From the NCBI RefSeq assembly GCF_044324785.1, contig NZ_CP172129.1: DNA of 64,000 bases; one strand, written 5' to 3'. The notes beneath the pieces were generated by a model. It ran no database searches, was not told the origin of the DNA, and was given only the letters and a program-made list of their open reading frames with translations. A program made the position numbers and the translations under genes. The stretch is from Escherichia coli. GTDB lineage: Bacteria > Pseudomonadota > Gammaproteobacteria > Enterobacterales > Enterobacteriaceae. Positions 33,975 to 44,976 of this stretch are shown one piece after another. How positions within the stretch are numbered: position 1 is the first letter of the stretch; every line of letters starts with the position of its first letter.

Positions 33975-36152
33975 TCAGAATGATGCGGTAACTCCGGCAT
34001 AGTAAGCCCGGCCTGGCTCGTTATAGGTATTCGCCCCTTCAGAAGATCGGAAGATCTGTTTATTGAGGATATTACTGACGCCGACATTAAGACGCAGATT
34101 TTTATTAATATCGTAATTGAAGTTCGTCCCCACCAGTGAATAAGCGCCCAGCTCTTTACCTGACAGACCGCCAGTATCTTCACTGCGGGTTTCCGCATGA
34201 GTACGCGGTTTTTGTCTGCCATATAACGTCCAGTTGACGCTGGCAGAAAACGCCTGGGTGATGGTCCAGTTAAGCGAGTTATTGATAGTATATTTCGGGA
34301 TGACCGACAGAGGATTACCGGTGTCTTTTTGCTCCGAAGTGATCATCCATGTGGCATTGGTATTCCAGTTCAGACGATCTTTCACCAGTGGGAAAGACAT
34401 ACTGGCTTCGATACCGTCCACCAGAGCTTTCCCGCCATTCTGCCACTTGAGGATATATGCGCCTGAAGCGGTTTGCCCGATAACGTTATCCCCGGCCACG
34501 ATCTTATTCTGGTAATCATTGCGGAAGTAGGTCACACTTGCGTGGTAATCTTCCCAGGTGAACTCCAGCCCAATTTCTTTATTGACGCTGATTTCCGGAT
34601 CGAGATCTTTATTACCGATCAGGTAGCACCCGCCTGATGTAATATCTTTTGGACAGCCATTGCCTTTCGAGTAGAGCAGATAGCCTTCACTGGATTGATA
34701 CAGGTTTGGGGCTTTAAAGGTTCGGGCAACCCCTGCTTTGACTTTGAAATAATCGCCCAATTCCTGCGAAAGATTCAGACTGGGGCTGAAGTTCCCGCCG
34801 GAGTCGCTGAGATAATCAAAGCGCAGGCCGGGAATGATATTCGTGCCAGGAACCGGCTCAATGTTATCTTCAATATACAGCGCACTGATTTGAGAATGAT
34901 TTTTACTGCTGCGATCCGCAGCAGAGCCAGAAATACCGCTGATATCACTGTCATTCACCGTCAGGCTGGTAGAGGAAGGATCATCGAGCTTATCGCGGTT
35001 CCACTCTGCACCAACGGTCAGCGTTTGATCAACCATCACATTCAAAGGAATATTAAGCTCGCCGCTGGTTCGCCAGGAACTCAGGCGATTGGTCGTAAAC
35101 TTTTCACCCGCTAAAATACGCCCTTCACCACCGCCGGATAATCCTTCATTCATGCGGGTATTATTGGTTTTCTCGTAATAAACACCAAAGCGACTTTGTC
35201 CCCAGTCCCAGATACCATTATGCGTAATGCCATAATTCTGTCGGTACAGGCGGTTCGTCTCTTTGCCGGATTTTGCCAGGCTTTCGGTAACTGCACTGGA
35301 AGAACTGTTTTGCGTATCGCCCGCATAGATATTCCCCTGGCGGCTATATCCGGCTTCGAAATCGAGAATCTGCTGCGGATTTAATTTCCACGAGACAACG
35401 CCGTTAATATCTTTGTTACGTACCCCTTCATGCCCGGCTGCGTTTTTCGTACCGACCGGAGAATTAATATCCCAACTGTCAGCATCCGTTTTATTCAGGT
35501 TACCATACAAACGCGTGGTAAGAGCATTACCAGCCAGAGGCCCACTAAGGCTGAAATTGGCGCGACGCGTAGCGCCCTCATCGCTACTTTCCGGCTGATT
35601 GGTGTATAACGACAGCGAACCGTGCCAGTCGTTGGTGGGACGTTTGGTAATGATGTTCACCACCCCCCCGGCTGCCCCCGAACCGTAGCGCGCCGCCGCA
35701 GGGCCGCGGATCACTTCAATACGCTCAACCTGTTCCGGTGGCACCCAGTTGGTGTCACCGCGGGTATCACGCTCTCCACGCCAGCTATAACGCACGGAGT
35801 TACGTGACGTCACCGGTACACCATCAATTAAAATTAAGGTGTTTTCCGGCCCCATACCACGAATATCGATCTGGCGGTTGTTACCGCGTGTGCCCGAGGC
35901 GCTATTGCCGGTAAGATTGACGCCAGGCATTTTACGAATAATATCTGAAAGGTCGTTTACCGGAGGGGTCTTTTTAATATCCTCGCTGGTAATAACCGAC
36001 ACGCCCGGCTGCTGTTTTAATACCTGCTCAGCGGTGGCTTCCACCACCAGAGTCTCGTCATTATCATCGTCGGAGGATTTGGCTACTGATACCTGGCTAT
36101 TCAACCCAACCAGGAGCACAGTTAGCGACCAGAGGATTTTGTTAATTCTCAT
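33975..36152 (-). CDS. iroN: IroN, TonB-dependent outer-membrane receptor for salmochelin/catecholate siderophores
   Basis: 725-aa ORF with signal peptide, TonB box (…DETLVVEA…), plug and barrel, ending in the terminal aromatic motif …GVTASF. Confidence 0.9.
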   Translation of the reverse strand: MRINKILWSLTVLLVGLNSQVSVAKSSDDDNDETLVVEATAEQVLKQQPGVSVITSEDIKKTPPVNDLSDIIRKMPGVNLTGNSASGTRGNNRQIDIRGMGPENTLILIDGVPVTSRNSVRYSWRGERDTRGDTNWVPPEQVERIEVIRGPAAARYGSGAAGGVVNIITKRPTNDWHGSLSLYTNQPESSDEGATRRANFSLSGPLAGNALTTRLYGNLNKTDADSWDINSPVGTKNAAGHEGVRNKDINGVVSWKLNPQQILDFEAGYSRQGNIYAGDTQNSSSSAVTESLAKSGKETNRLYRQNYGITHNGIWDWGQSRFGVYYEKTNNTRMNEGLSGGGEGRILAGEKFTTNRLSSWRTSGELNIPLNVMVDQTLTVGAEWNRDKLDDPSSTSLTVNDSDISGISGSAADRSSKNHSQISALYIEDNIEPVPGTNIIPGLRFDYLSDSGGNFSPSLNLSQELGDYFKVKAGVARTFKAPNLYQSSEGYLLYSKGNGCPKDITSGGCYLIGNKDLDPEISVNKEIGLEFTWEDYHASVTYFRNDYQNKIVAGDNVIGQTASGAYILKWQNGGKALVDGIEASMSFPLVKDRLNWNTNATWMITSEQKDTGNPLSVIPKYTINNSLNWTITQAFSASVNWTLYGRQKPRTHAETRSEDTGGLSGKELGAYSLVGTNFNYDINKNLRLNVGVSNILNKQIFRSSEGANTYNEPGRAYYAGVTASF

Positions 36153-36247
36153 ACCTATTCCCTAATAAATGCCTAACTTAAAATGTTTGATCGTTAAGCT
36201 CACATCCTTGCCAGATATTTTTTACTGCCATTATTGTTTTTATATAA

Positions 36248-36267
36248 GAATGATAATTAATATCATT
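36248..36267. promoter_or_regulatory. Fur box in the iroN promoter
   Basis: GAATGATAATTAATATCATT, about 100 bp upstream of the iroN start, close match to the Fur consensus. Confidence 0.6.
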
Positions 36268-37006
36268 TAGCAAAAAAAAAAGCAATCCCTCACAAGATAA
36301 ATATATCGATTTTTCATAAATATCAAATTGATATATAACATATGTTTTTTATTTCATTGCACTTGTCGATCATCGGGAATTTTGTCACAATTTCTCACGG
36401 ATAGTGTTCACATTGTTTCTGACCTGCATTTCAGGCGCGGGCGCTGCTTATGTATATAAGGGCCTGTGGTCGACGAATCAGCATAATCAGATCTTCCTGC
36501 GAGCAATTTCTTTCAGCGTATCAGGCAGCACTATCGGATTATCTACGTGCGTTTTTGATTCACATTGTGTGTGAAACTTCATACATCATGATTCGCTTTC
36601 CCTACTCAGTTCTGATGATTGTTTTTTATTCTATTAACACGGAGTTAAGATTCTACCCTCGGTGTCCTCATTATTAATGAGGAATGCTACCTATCTAAAA
36701 ACTGACCGAAACTTTGGGGCATCCCTGGAGGTTTCCAAGGAGAAAAAGGTGACAGTGATAGTGCCACATTGTGAGGAAATTCCTGAGAAACTCCTGGTTC
36801 ACACACATAATTCAGGAGTTTGCCATAGATAGTAACCAATTGTTTTATATTTTAAGACCATTAAATACGCGGCTACGATAGCGCTTTATATAATCATAAA
36901 CTGTAGAGATAAAATATCTGCTTCTCTGATAACACTAATTGAGTGTCTTAAACTAAGTAATTTCATTTTTCCCCCTTTAAAAGCAATATATGTGCAATAG
37001 TTGAAG

Positions 37007-38041
37007 TTAAAGCTGTGCTGCCAGAGTTGATAATAATTGTTCTGTCTGTTGCCATGATATGCATTCATCAGTAACAGACTGACCATACTCTAGCGGAAAA
37101 CTATCGGATTGTTTTCCATCTTGTAAAAAGCTTTCCACCATAATGCCAGCTACATATCCTGGTATTTTTTTCCGATTATCTATAACTTGACGTGCAACGG
37201 AAATTTGCCGTTTAGCCACTTTACCGCTATTACCATGGCTACAATCAATTATCAGACGATGGTTAATACCCTCATCATGCATTAATTTCACTGCCTTAGT
37301 TATATCAGACAAACCATAGTTAGGTTCTCTACCTCCACGTAATATTAGATGTCCATGTGGATTGCCATCGGTTAATAGTGTAGATATACTATTTGTTAAA
37401 GATGTCATATATACAATATGTTGTTCACGGGCTGCAATAATAGCGTCAATAGCTAAGTTAATATTTCCATCAGTACTGTTTTTAAATCCAACTGGACAAT
37501 GTAAACCAGACGCAAGTTGACGATGCGTTTGTGATTCAGTGGTTCTGGCACCAATAGCACCCCAACATATTAAATCAGCAATATAGGGAGTAAGAAAAGG
37601 ATCGAGGAATTCTGTAGCGGTTGCGACACGCATCGTTGTGATTGAAGACAAACACTGGCGAGCATATCGTATCCCTTTCTCAACATCATAACTTCCATTT
37701 AGATCAGGATCGTGCATTATTCCCTTCCAGCCTTTACGGGTTCGAGGTTTCTCAAAATAAGTGCGCATTACAATGTACATTTTCGATAAGTACTTATTCT
37801 GTAATACGAACAATCGCTTCGCATAATCAACTGCGGCCTGAACGTCATGGATTGAGCATGGACCAACAATCACAAGTAAGCGAGGATCTTTTCCCAGCAA
37901 AATATTCGCTATAATATCTCGTTGCAGAGAGATCCATGTTACGGTTTCTTCCGATACTGCGATTTCTTTATGAATCTCGCCCACAGTGGGTAAACTGCCA
38001 AGCAACTTCCCGCGGTAGATTAATTTACTAGCTGACTGCAT
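37007..38041 (-). CDS. Class I 3-deoxy-7-phosphoheptulonate (DAHP) synthase, AroG/AroF/AroH-like
   Basis: 344-aa ORF with DAHP synthase I features (…LLVIVGPCSIHD…IDCSHGNS…). Confidence 0.8.
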   Translation of the reverse strand: MQSASKLIYRGKLLGSLPTVGEIHKEIAVSEETVTWISLQRDIIANILLGKDPRLLVIVGPCSIHDVQAAVDYAKRLFVLQNKYLSKMYIVMRTYFEKPRTRKGWKGIMHDPDLNGSYDVEKGIRYARQCLSSITTMRVATATEFLDPFLTPYIADLICWGAIGARTTESQTHRQLASGLHCPVGFKNSTDGNINLAIDAIIAAREQHIVYMTSLTNSISTLLTDGNPHGHLILRGGREPNYGLSDITKAVKLMHDEGINHRLIIDCSHGNSGKVAKRQISVARQVIDNRKKIPGYVAGIMVESFLQDGKQSDSFPLEYGQSVTDECISWQQTEQLLSTLAAQL

Positions 38042-38244
38042 CTTGTCTCCTAAAAGCGCTATTTCAGACCATCAGTTGCACACAGTAGATGATAATGATA
38101 ATCATTTACTGTATAATTGGCAATATATGGGGATTCATAGTCATTTCTGAGATAATATACGTTAGGCCTTCTCTCCCGTACGGAAATCACTTGTTTTCCG
38201 TAAATTACCTGAATCTTAATCCCTGAGCTGCGGCTAGCTGTGGA

Positions 38245-38582
38245 ACTCACAAAAGCTGACCGGGCCGTGGCACAGCCTCTCTGCTGGCAGAACAGCGTAC
38301 TGCAGAAGTCGTCGTACTGCCGCTGGTCCCGGCATCAGGTCTGCCCGCAGATGGCACTTCTGCCACTGATCTGCCGGTGGAGCTGAACGGCATGACATAT
38401 CAGGCCTGCCGTGGGGATTTTGTGGTGCGCCTCGACGGCAGCACCTGTCTGCAGTTATAGAATAAAGAAGGCGGGGAGGTACGCAGGGAGGGCGATCCGC
38501 TGGAAGTGGCGTAGTGGCTGTAGGCCTGTAATGATGCAGGAATAGAAGTTCGTGTACAGGTTAATGAAAGCATCACCCCGTA
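38245..38582 (+). pseudogene. Decayed copy of the 3' half of the gene at 47720-48310, with in-frame stops
   Basis: DNA aligns with 47955-48310 at high identity but carries stop codons (…CAGTTATAGAATAAA…, …GTGGCGTAGTGGCTGTAGGCC…). Confidence 0.6.
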
Positions 38583-38600
38583 AAAACATGCCGGCACGGT

Positions 38601-38909
38601 TTACACATCATTCCATGGTGGCAGCCGGTTAACTTTCCTGCGCCACCAGTGGAAAGAGGCCATGAGCAGTCCGAACAAAAAACCACTCGTGATACTTATA
38701 ATAATGGCCTCACCTGCTACCATTCCTGACGGCCCCCAGTACATAAACCACATTGCACATCCCCAGGAAATACCCCATAAGCCCCCCATCAGCAGCGTAA
38801 CCTGCCAGAACGGCATAAAGGGCAATGGCGGAAGCCGGATACCCAGCCGCCAGAGAATACGCAGCAGAGGAGGAGCATAATTACTCCGCCACATCTTTTT
38901 GCTGTCCAT
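38601..38909 (-). CDS. Small membrane protein, paralog of 48330-48587
   Basis: 102-aa ORF with hydrophobic segments; 28 aa longer than the paralog at 48330-48587. Confidence 0.45.
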   Translation of the reverse strand: MDSKKMWRSNYAPPLLRILWRLGIRLPPLPFMPFWQVTLLMGGLWGISWGCAMWFMYWGPSGMVAGEAIIISITSGFLFGLLMASFHWWRRKVNRLPPWNDV

Positions 38910-39076
38910 CAGGGCAATTGCCCGGGCTTTTTTTGCTCAAAAGTCACAGGAGCACCTCCGTTCCATGATGTAAACGTGACACAACTTATTGTTATTGATT
39001 ATTATTATCATACCGTGATTATGTTGTCATGCACCTGTACACTGATAAAAGAAAGGGAGAACAGGAGGCTGGCTGA

Positions 39077-39384
39077 ACAACCAATCCGTTCGTCCAGTTC
39101 AATGGCGGCTATCAGGTTCTGCTCCGCAATGTACTCACGAATGCGCTTCCTGTCCTGGCTGGTCAGCATGGTCCAGAATATCTCCATCATTTACCGGCGA
39201 CTTTCCTGCTCATTTCATCCCGCCATGCAGCAGCGGAAGATTCGACCATGTCATGGGGAAGCACATCGCCGCGCTCGAGTTGCTGACGTCCTGCCTCAAC
39301 CTGGTCACGGAACCAGGTATTATGCTGCCGTTCCACGGTCTGGCGCATAAAATCCCGGATTAACTGAGAGCCATTACGGTCCAT
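39077..39384 (-). pseudogene. Remnant of the ParE/RelE-type toxin and RHH antitoxin pair (toxin truncated after ~40 codons; antitoxin frameshifted at its 5' end)
   Basis: DNA aligns with 52190-52580; the toxin ORF runs into unrelated sequence; a 1-bp difference (GCAGGGCCAT versus GCAGCGGCCAT) removes the antitoxin start. Confidence 0.65.
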
Positions 39385-39742
39385 GCTTTTTGCAGGGCCA
39401 TAAAAGCATCCTTCAGTTCAGCGTCAATTCTTAAACTCATATTAACCTGTGCCATTTATCACCCCGTCATTACCACGTATATACACAGTATATAACGATT
39501 CAGATATCGTCACTAGGATATGCCGCGCCAGCGGCATGGAAGGCGGCACTCCGCTGTTTCATATGATACCGCCGAAGCCCGATGTAAGCCGCTACAGTCG
39601 TCCGAAAGTCACCAGCCTCCTCCCCCCTGCCGTCATCCGTGCATCAGCTATGCACTGAGTATGCCTGCCCTTCCCTAGAGAATCCTGCTAGGCTTGCCAC
39701 ACTGATATATCTTGACTTTATGTAAACGATATGACACTTTAA

Positions 39743-39761
39743 CATGATAATGATTACCATT
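39743..39761. promoter_or_regulatory. Fur box upstream of cvaA
   Basis: CATGATAATGATTACCATT in the cvaA promoter region. Confidence 0.5.
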
Positions 39762-40065
39762 CTCTTTTAATATACAGAGAAACTAGGAAATAGATGAATG
39801 AGTTATGTTACTTTAATATTCTCTGACAATAACCTAAATCAGTTAGATTATTGTCATTTAATAAATAATGACATTCTTTCATCATAAATAAAAAGACTAT
39901 TGTTTATAATATTGTTCTCAGCATTATATGATTATTTATCCTGATAACTCTCCTATGCTGTATGTTTATATGATTTTCCTTGAAACATATAATGCAAATT
40001 TTCGATTTATTTTCCATCATTAATCCAGATAAACAACAAACTAATAGTATGCAAGGAGACATTAT

Positions 40066-41340
40066 TTGTTTCGCCAGGATGCTTTAGAAAACAGAAAAAT
40101 GAAGTGGCAGGGACGGGCAATATTACTTCCCGGAATACCACTGTGGTTAATCATGCTGGGAAGCATTGTGTTTATTACGGCATTTCTGATGTTCATTATT
40201 GTTGGTACCTATAGCCGCCGTGTTAATGTCAGTGGTGAGGTCACAACCTGGCCAAGAGCTGTCAATATATATTCAGGTGTACAGGGATTTGTTGTCAGGC
40301 AGTTTGTTCATGAAGGGCAGTTGATAAAAAAAGGGGATCCTGTTTATCTGATTGACATCAGTAAAAGTACACGCAATGGTATTGTCACTGATAATCATCG
40401 CCGGGATATAGAAAACCAGCTGGTTCGTGTGGACAACATTATTTCCCGTCTGGAAGAAAGTAAAAAAATAACGCTAGATACCCTGGAAAAACAACGTCTG
40501 CAATACACAGATGCGTTCCGTCGCTCATCAGACATTATACAGCGTGCAGAGGAAGGGATAAAAATAATGAAAAATAATATGGAGAATTACAGATACTATC
40601 AGTCAAAAGGACTGATTAATAAAGATCAATTAACTAACCAAGTTGCATTATATTATCAACAACAAAACAACCTTCTCAGTCTGAGCGGACAAAATGAACA
40701 AAATGCCCTGCAGATAACCACTCTGGAGAGTCAGATTCAGACTCAGGCAGCAGATTTTGATAATCGTATCTATCAGATGGAACTGCAACGACTCGAATTG
40801 CAGAAAGAACTGGTTAACACTGATGTGGAAGGCGAAATCATTATCCGGGCGTTGTCTGACGGGAAAGTTGACTCCCTGAGTGTCACTGTAGGGCAAATGG
40901 TCAATACCGGAGACAGCCTTCTGCAGGTTATTCCTGAGAACATTGAAAACTATTATCTTATTCTCTGGGTCCCGAATGATGCTGTTCCTTATATTTCGGC
41001 TGGTGACAAAGTGAATATTCGTTATGAAGCCTTCCCCTCAGAAAAATTTGGGCAGTTCTCTGCTACGGTTAAAACTATATCCAGGACTCCTGCGTCAACA
41101 CAGGAAATGTTGACCTATAAGGGAGCACCTCAAAATACGCCGGGTGCCTCTGTTCCCTGGTATAAAGTCATTGCGACGCCTGAAAAGCAGATAATCAGGT
41201 ATGACGAAAAATACCTCCCTCTGGAAAATGGAATGAAAGCCGAAAGTACACTATTTCTGGAAAAAAGGCGTATTTACCAGTGGATGCTTTCTCCTTTCTA
41301 TGACATGAAACACAGTGCAACAGGACCGATCAATGACTAA
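40066..41340 (+). CDS. cvaA: CvaA, colicin V secretion membrane-fusion protein (HlyD family)
   Basis: 424-aa ORF (TTG start as in the track) with N-terminal TM and HlyD-type adaptor; precedes cvaB. Confidence 0.85.
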
Positions 41341-42109
41341 CAGGAATTTCAGACAAATTATAAATCTGCTTGATTTGCGCTGGCAACGTCGTGTTCCGGT
41401 TATTCATCAGACGGAGACCGCTGAATGTGGACTGGCCTGCCTAGCAATGATATGCGGTCATTTTGGTAAGAATATTGACCTGATATATCTTCGCCGGAAG
41501 TTTAATCTCTCTGCCCGTGGAGCAACCCTTGCAGGAATCAATGGAATAGCGGAGCAACTGGGGATGGCCACCCGGGCTCTTTCACTGGAGTTGGATGAAC
41601 TTCGAGTCCTCAAAACGCCGTGTATTCTCCACTGGGATTTCAGTCACTTCGTCGTTCTGGTCAGCGTAAAGCGTAACCGTTATGTACTGCATGATCCGGC
41701 CAGGGGCATAAGATATATCAGCCGGGAGGAAATGAGCCGATATTTTACAGGCGTTGCACTTGAGGTCTGGCCCGGAAGTGAATTCCAGTCGGAAACCCTG
41801 CAGACCCGCATAAGTCTTCGTTCACTGATTAACAGTATTTACGGTATTAAAAGAACGCTGGCGAAAATTTTCTGTCTGTCAGTTGTAATTGAAGCAATCA
41901 ATCTGCTAATGCCGGTGGGGACACAGCTGGTTATGGATCATGCTATTCCTGCGGGGGACAGAGGGCTACTGACGCTAATTTCTGCTGCTCTTATGTTTTT
42001 TATATTACTCAAAGCTGCAACGAGTACGCTGCGCGCATGGTCTTCACTGGTTATGAGCACGCTCATCAATGTACAGTGGCAGTCGGGGCTGTTCGATCAT
42101 CTTCTCAGA
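41333..42109 (+). pseudogene. cvaB: cvaB 5' portion (C39 peptidase domain and first TM segments), interrupted by IS903
   Basis: [20 protein letters not shown]…ETAECGLACLAMI… reading frame ends at the IS903 left end after …LFDHLL. Confidence 0.85.
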
Positions 42110-43166
42110 GGCTTTGTTGAATAAATCGAACTTTTGCTGAGTTGAAGGATCAGATCACGTATCTTCCCGACAACGCAGACCGTTCCGTGGCAAAGCAAAA
42201 GTTCAAAATCACCAACTGGCCCACCTACAATAAAGCCCTCATCAACCGTGGCTCCATAACTTTCTGGCTGGATGATGAAGCTATTCAGGCCTGGTATGAG
42301 TCAGCAACACCTTCTTCACGAGGCAGACCTCAGCGCTATTCTGACCTTGCCATCACTACTGTGCTGGTCATTAAACGCGTATTCAGGCTGACCCTGCGGG
42401 CTGCGCAGGGCTTTATTGATTCCATTTTTTCTCTGATGAACGTTCCGCTACGCTGCCCGGATTACAGCTGTGTCAGCAGGCGGGCAAAGTCGGTTAATGT
42501 CAGTTTCAAAACGCCCACCCGGGGTGAAATCGCACACCTGGTAATTGATTCCACCGGGCTGAAGGTCTTCGGTGAAGGCGAGTGGAAAGTCAAAAAGCAT
42601 GGCCAGGAACGCCGCCGTATCTGGCGTAAGCTGCATCTCGCCGTTGACAGTAAAACACATGAAATCATCTGCGCTGACCTGTCGCTGAACAACGTTACGG
42701 ACTCAGAGGCCTTCCCCGGGTTAATCCGGCAAACCCACCGGAAAATCAGGTCAGCCGCCGCCGATGGCGCTTACGATACCCGGCTATGTCACGATGAACT
42801 GCGGCGTAAGAAAATCAGCGCGCTTATCCCTCCCCGAAAAGGTGCGGGTTACTGGCCCGGTGAATATGCAGACCGTAACCGTGCAGTGGCTAATCAGCGA
42901 ATGACCGGGAGTAATGCGCGGTGGAAATGGACAACAGATTACAACCGTCGCTCGATAGCGGAAACGGCGATGTACCGGGTAAAACAGCTGTTCGGGGGTT
43001 CACTGACGCTGCGTGACTACGATGGTCAGGTTGCGGAGGCTATGGCCCTGGTACGAGCGCTGAACAAAATGACGAAAGCAGGTATGCCTGAAAGCGTGCG
43101 TATTGCCTGAAAACACAACCCGCTACGGGGGAGACTTACCCGAAATCTGATTTATTCAACAAAGCC
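42110..43166 (+). mobile_element. IS903 (IS5 family), 1057 bp, flanked by 9-bp target-site duplication CTTCTCAGA
   Basis: Terminal inverted repeats GGCTTTGTTGAATAAATCG… at 42110 and …TTTATTCAACAAAGCC ending at 43166; direct repeats CTTCTCAGA at 42101-42109 and 43167-43175. Confidence 0.85.
42142..43110 (+). CDS. IS903 transposase
   Basis: 322-aa ORF filling the element; DDE-type transposase. Confidence 0.8.
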   Translation: MKDQITYLPDNADRSVAKQKFKITNWPTYNKALINRGSITFWLDDEAIQAWYESATPSSRGRPQRYSDLAITTVLVIKRVFRLTLRAAQGFIDSIFSLMNVPLRCPDYSCVSRRAKSVNVSFKTPTRGEIAHLVIDSTGLKVFGEGEWKVKKHGQERRRIWRKLHLAVDSKTHEIICADLSLNNVTDSEAFPGLIRQTHRKIRSAAADGAYDTRLCHDELRRKKISALIPPRKGAGYWPGEYADRNRAVANQRMTGSNARWKWTTDYNRRSIAETAMYRVKQLFGGSLTLRDYDGQVAEAMALVRALNKMTKAGMPESVRIA

Positions 43167-44495
43167 CTTCTCAGACTACCGCTGGCGTTTTTTGAACGCC
43201 GAAAATTAGGTGATATCCAGTCACGTTTTGACTCCCTTGACACATTGAGGGCCACATTTACCACCAGTGTGATCGGGTTCATAATGGACAGCATTATGGT
43301 TGTCGGTGTTTGTGTGATGATGCTGTTATACGGAGGATATCTCACCTGGATAGTTCTCTGCTTTACCACAATTTACATTTTTATTCGTCTGGTGACATAC
43401 GGCAATTACCGACAGATATCAGAAGAATGTCTTGTCAGGGAGGCCCGTGCCGCCTCCTATTTTATGGAAACATTATATGGTATTGCCACGGTAAAAATCC
43501 AGGGGATGGTCGGAATTCGGGGGGCACACTGGCTTAATATGAAAATAGATGCGATAAATTCGGGTATTAAGCTAACCAGGATGGATTTGCTCTTCGGAGG
43601 AATAAATACCTTTGTTACCGCCTGTGATCAGATTGTAATTTTATGGCTGGGAGCAGGCCTTGTGATCGATAATCAGATGACAATAGGAATGTTTGTAGCG
43701 TTTAGTTCTTTTCGTGGGCAGTTTTCGGAAAGAGTTGCCTCTCTGACCAGTTTTCTTCTTCAGCTAAGAATAATGAGTCTGCACAATGAGCGCATTGCAG
43801 ATATTGCATTACATGAAAAGGAGGAAAAGAAACCTGAAATTGAAATCGTTGCTGATATGGGGCCAATATCCCTGGAAACCAATGGTTTAAGCTATCGTTA
43901 TGACAGTCAGTCAGCACCGATATTCAGTGCTCTGAGTTTATCTGTAGCTCCGGGGGAAAGTGTGGCTATAACTGGTGCTTCCGGTGCGGGAAAAACCACA
44001 TTAATGAAAGTACTATGTGGACTATTTGAACCTGATAGCGGGAGGGTACTGATAAATGGTATAGATATACGCCAAATTGGAATAAATAATTATCACCGGA
44101 TGATAGCCTGTGTTATGCAGGATGACCGGCTATTTTCAGGCTCAATTCGTGAAAATATCTGTGGTTTTGCAGAGGAAATGGATGAAGAGTGGATGGTAGA
44201 ATGTGCCAGAGCAAGTCATATTCATGATGTTATAATGAATATGCCAATGGGATATGAAACATTAATAGGTGAACTTGGGGAAGGTCTTTCTGGCGGTCAA
44301 AAACAGCGTATATTTATTGCACGAGCCTTATACCGGAAACCAGGAATATTATTTATGGATGAGGCAACCAGTGCTCTTGATTCAGAGAGTGAACATTTCG
44401 TGAATGTTGCCATAAAAAACATGAATATCACCAGGGTAATTATTGCACACAGAGAAACAACGTTGAGAACTGTTGATAGAGTTATTTCTATTTAA
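43167..44495 (+). pseudogene. cvaB: cvaB 3' portion (remaining TM domain and ABC ATPase)
   Basis: Frame resumes …RLPLAFFERRKLGDIQSRF… after the IS903 duplication; Walker A GASGAGKTT, signature LSGGQKQR. Confidence 0.85.
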
Positions 44496-44664
44496 ACCAT
44501 AGAGGAATTACAAGCGTATGAGGAATATTTCTTCCTGTTATAATTCCTCGTTATGCTCAGATATCTGTTGGAGGTGGAATGGAAGATAGACAATCCACCA
44601 AGAAGAAATATCATTCTGTGTGGATTGTCCAATAACTGTTCTTTCTTATATTAAATAATACTAT

Positions 44665-44976
44665 TTATAAACAAACATCACTAAGATTATTTGGACTCCA
44701 ATTACACAATCTTCCCGCAGCATAGTTCCATGCTTCTGAAGGTATCCCTTCGGGTTTTTGCTTAATTGTTCCCCCTAAACCGGATGGAGACATTGCAGGA
44801 TTAGGTTTGTGAGTGGATGCATAGTCATATATTGCACCTCCAGCCACACCCCCAGCAGCTGCTCCAATTCCTCCTGCAACAAATTGCCCGGATAGTGTTC
44901 CTATAGCCATCGCAATATCACGCCCTGAAGCACCACCAGAAACAGAATCTAATTCATTTAGAGTCAGAGTTCTCAT
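44665..44976 (-). CDS. cvaC: CvaC, colicin V (microcin V) precursor with double-glycine leader
   Basis: 103-aa ORF MRTLTLNELDSVSGGASGRD… matching CvaC. Confidence 0.9.
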   Translation of the reverse strand: MRTLTLNELDSVSGGASGRDIAMAIGTLSGQFVAGGIGAAAGGVAGGAIYDYASTHKPNPAMSPSGLGGTIKQKPEGIPSEAWNYAAGRLCNWSPNNLSDVCL

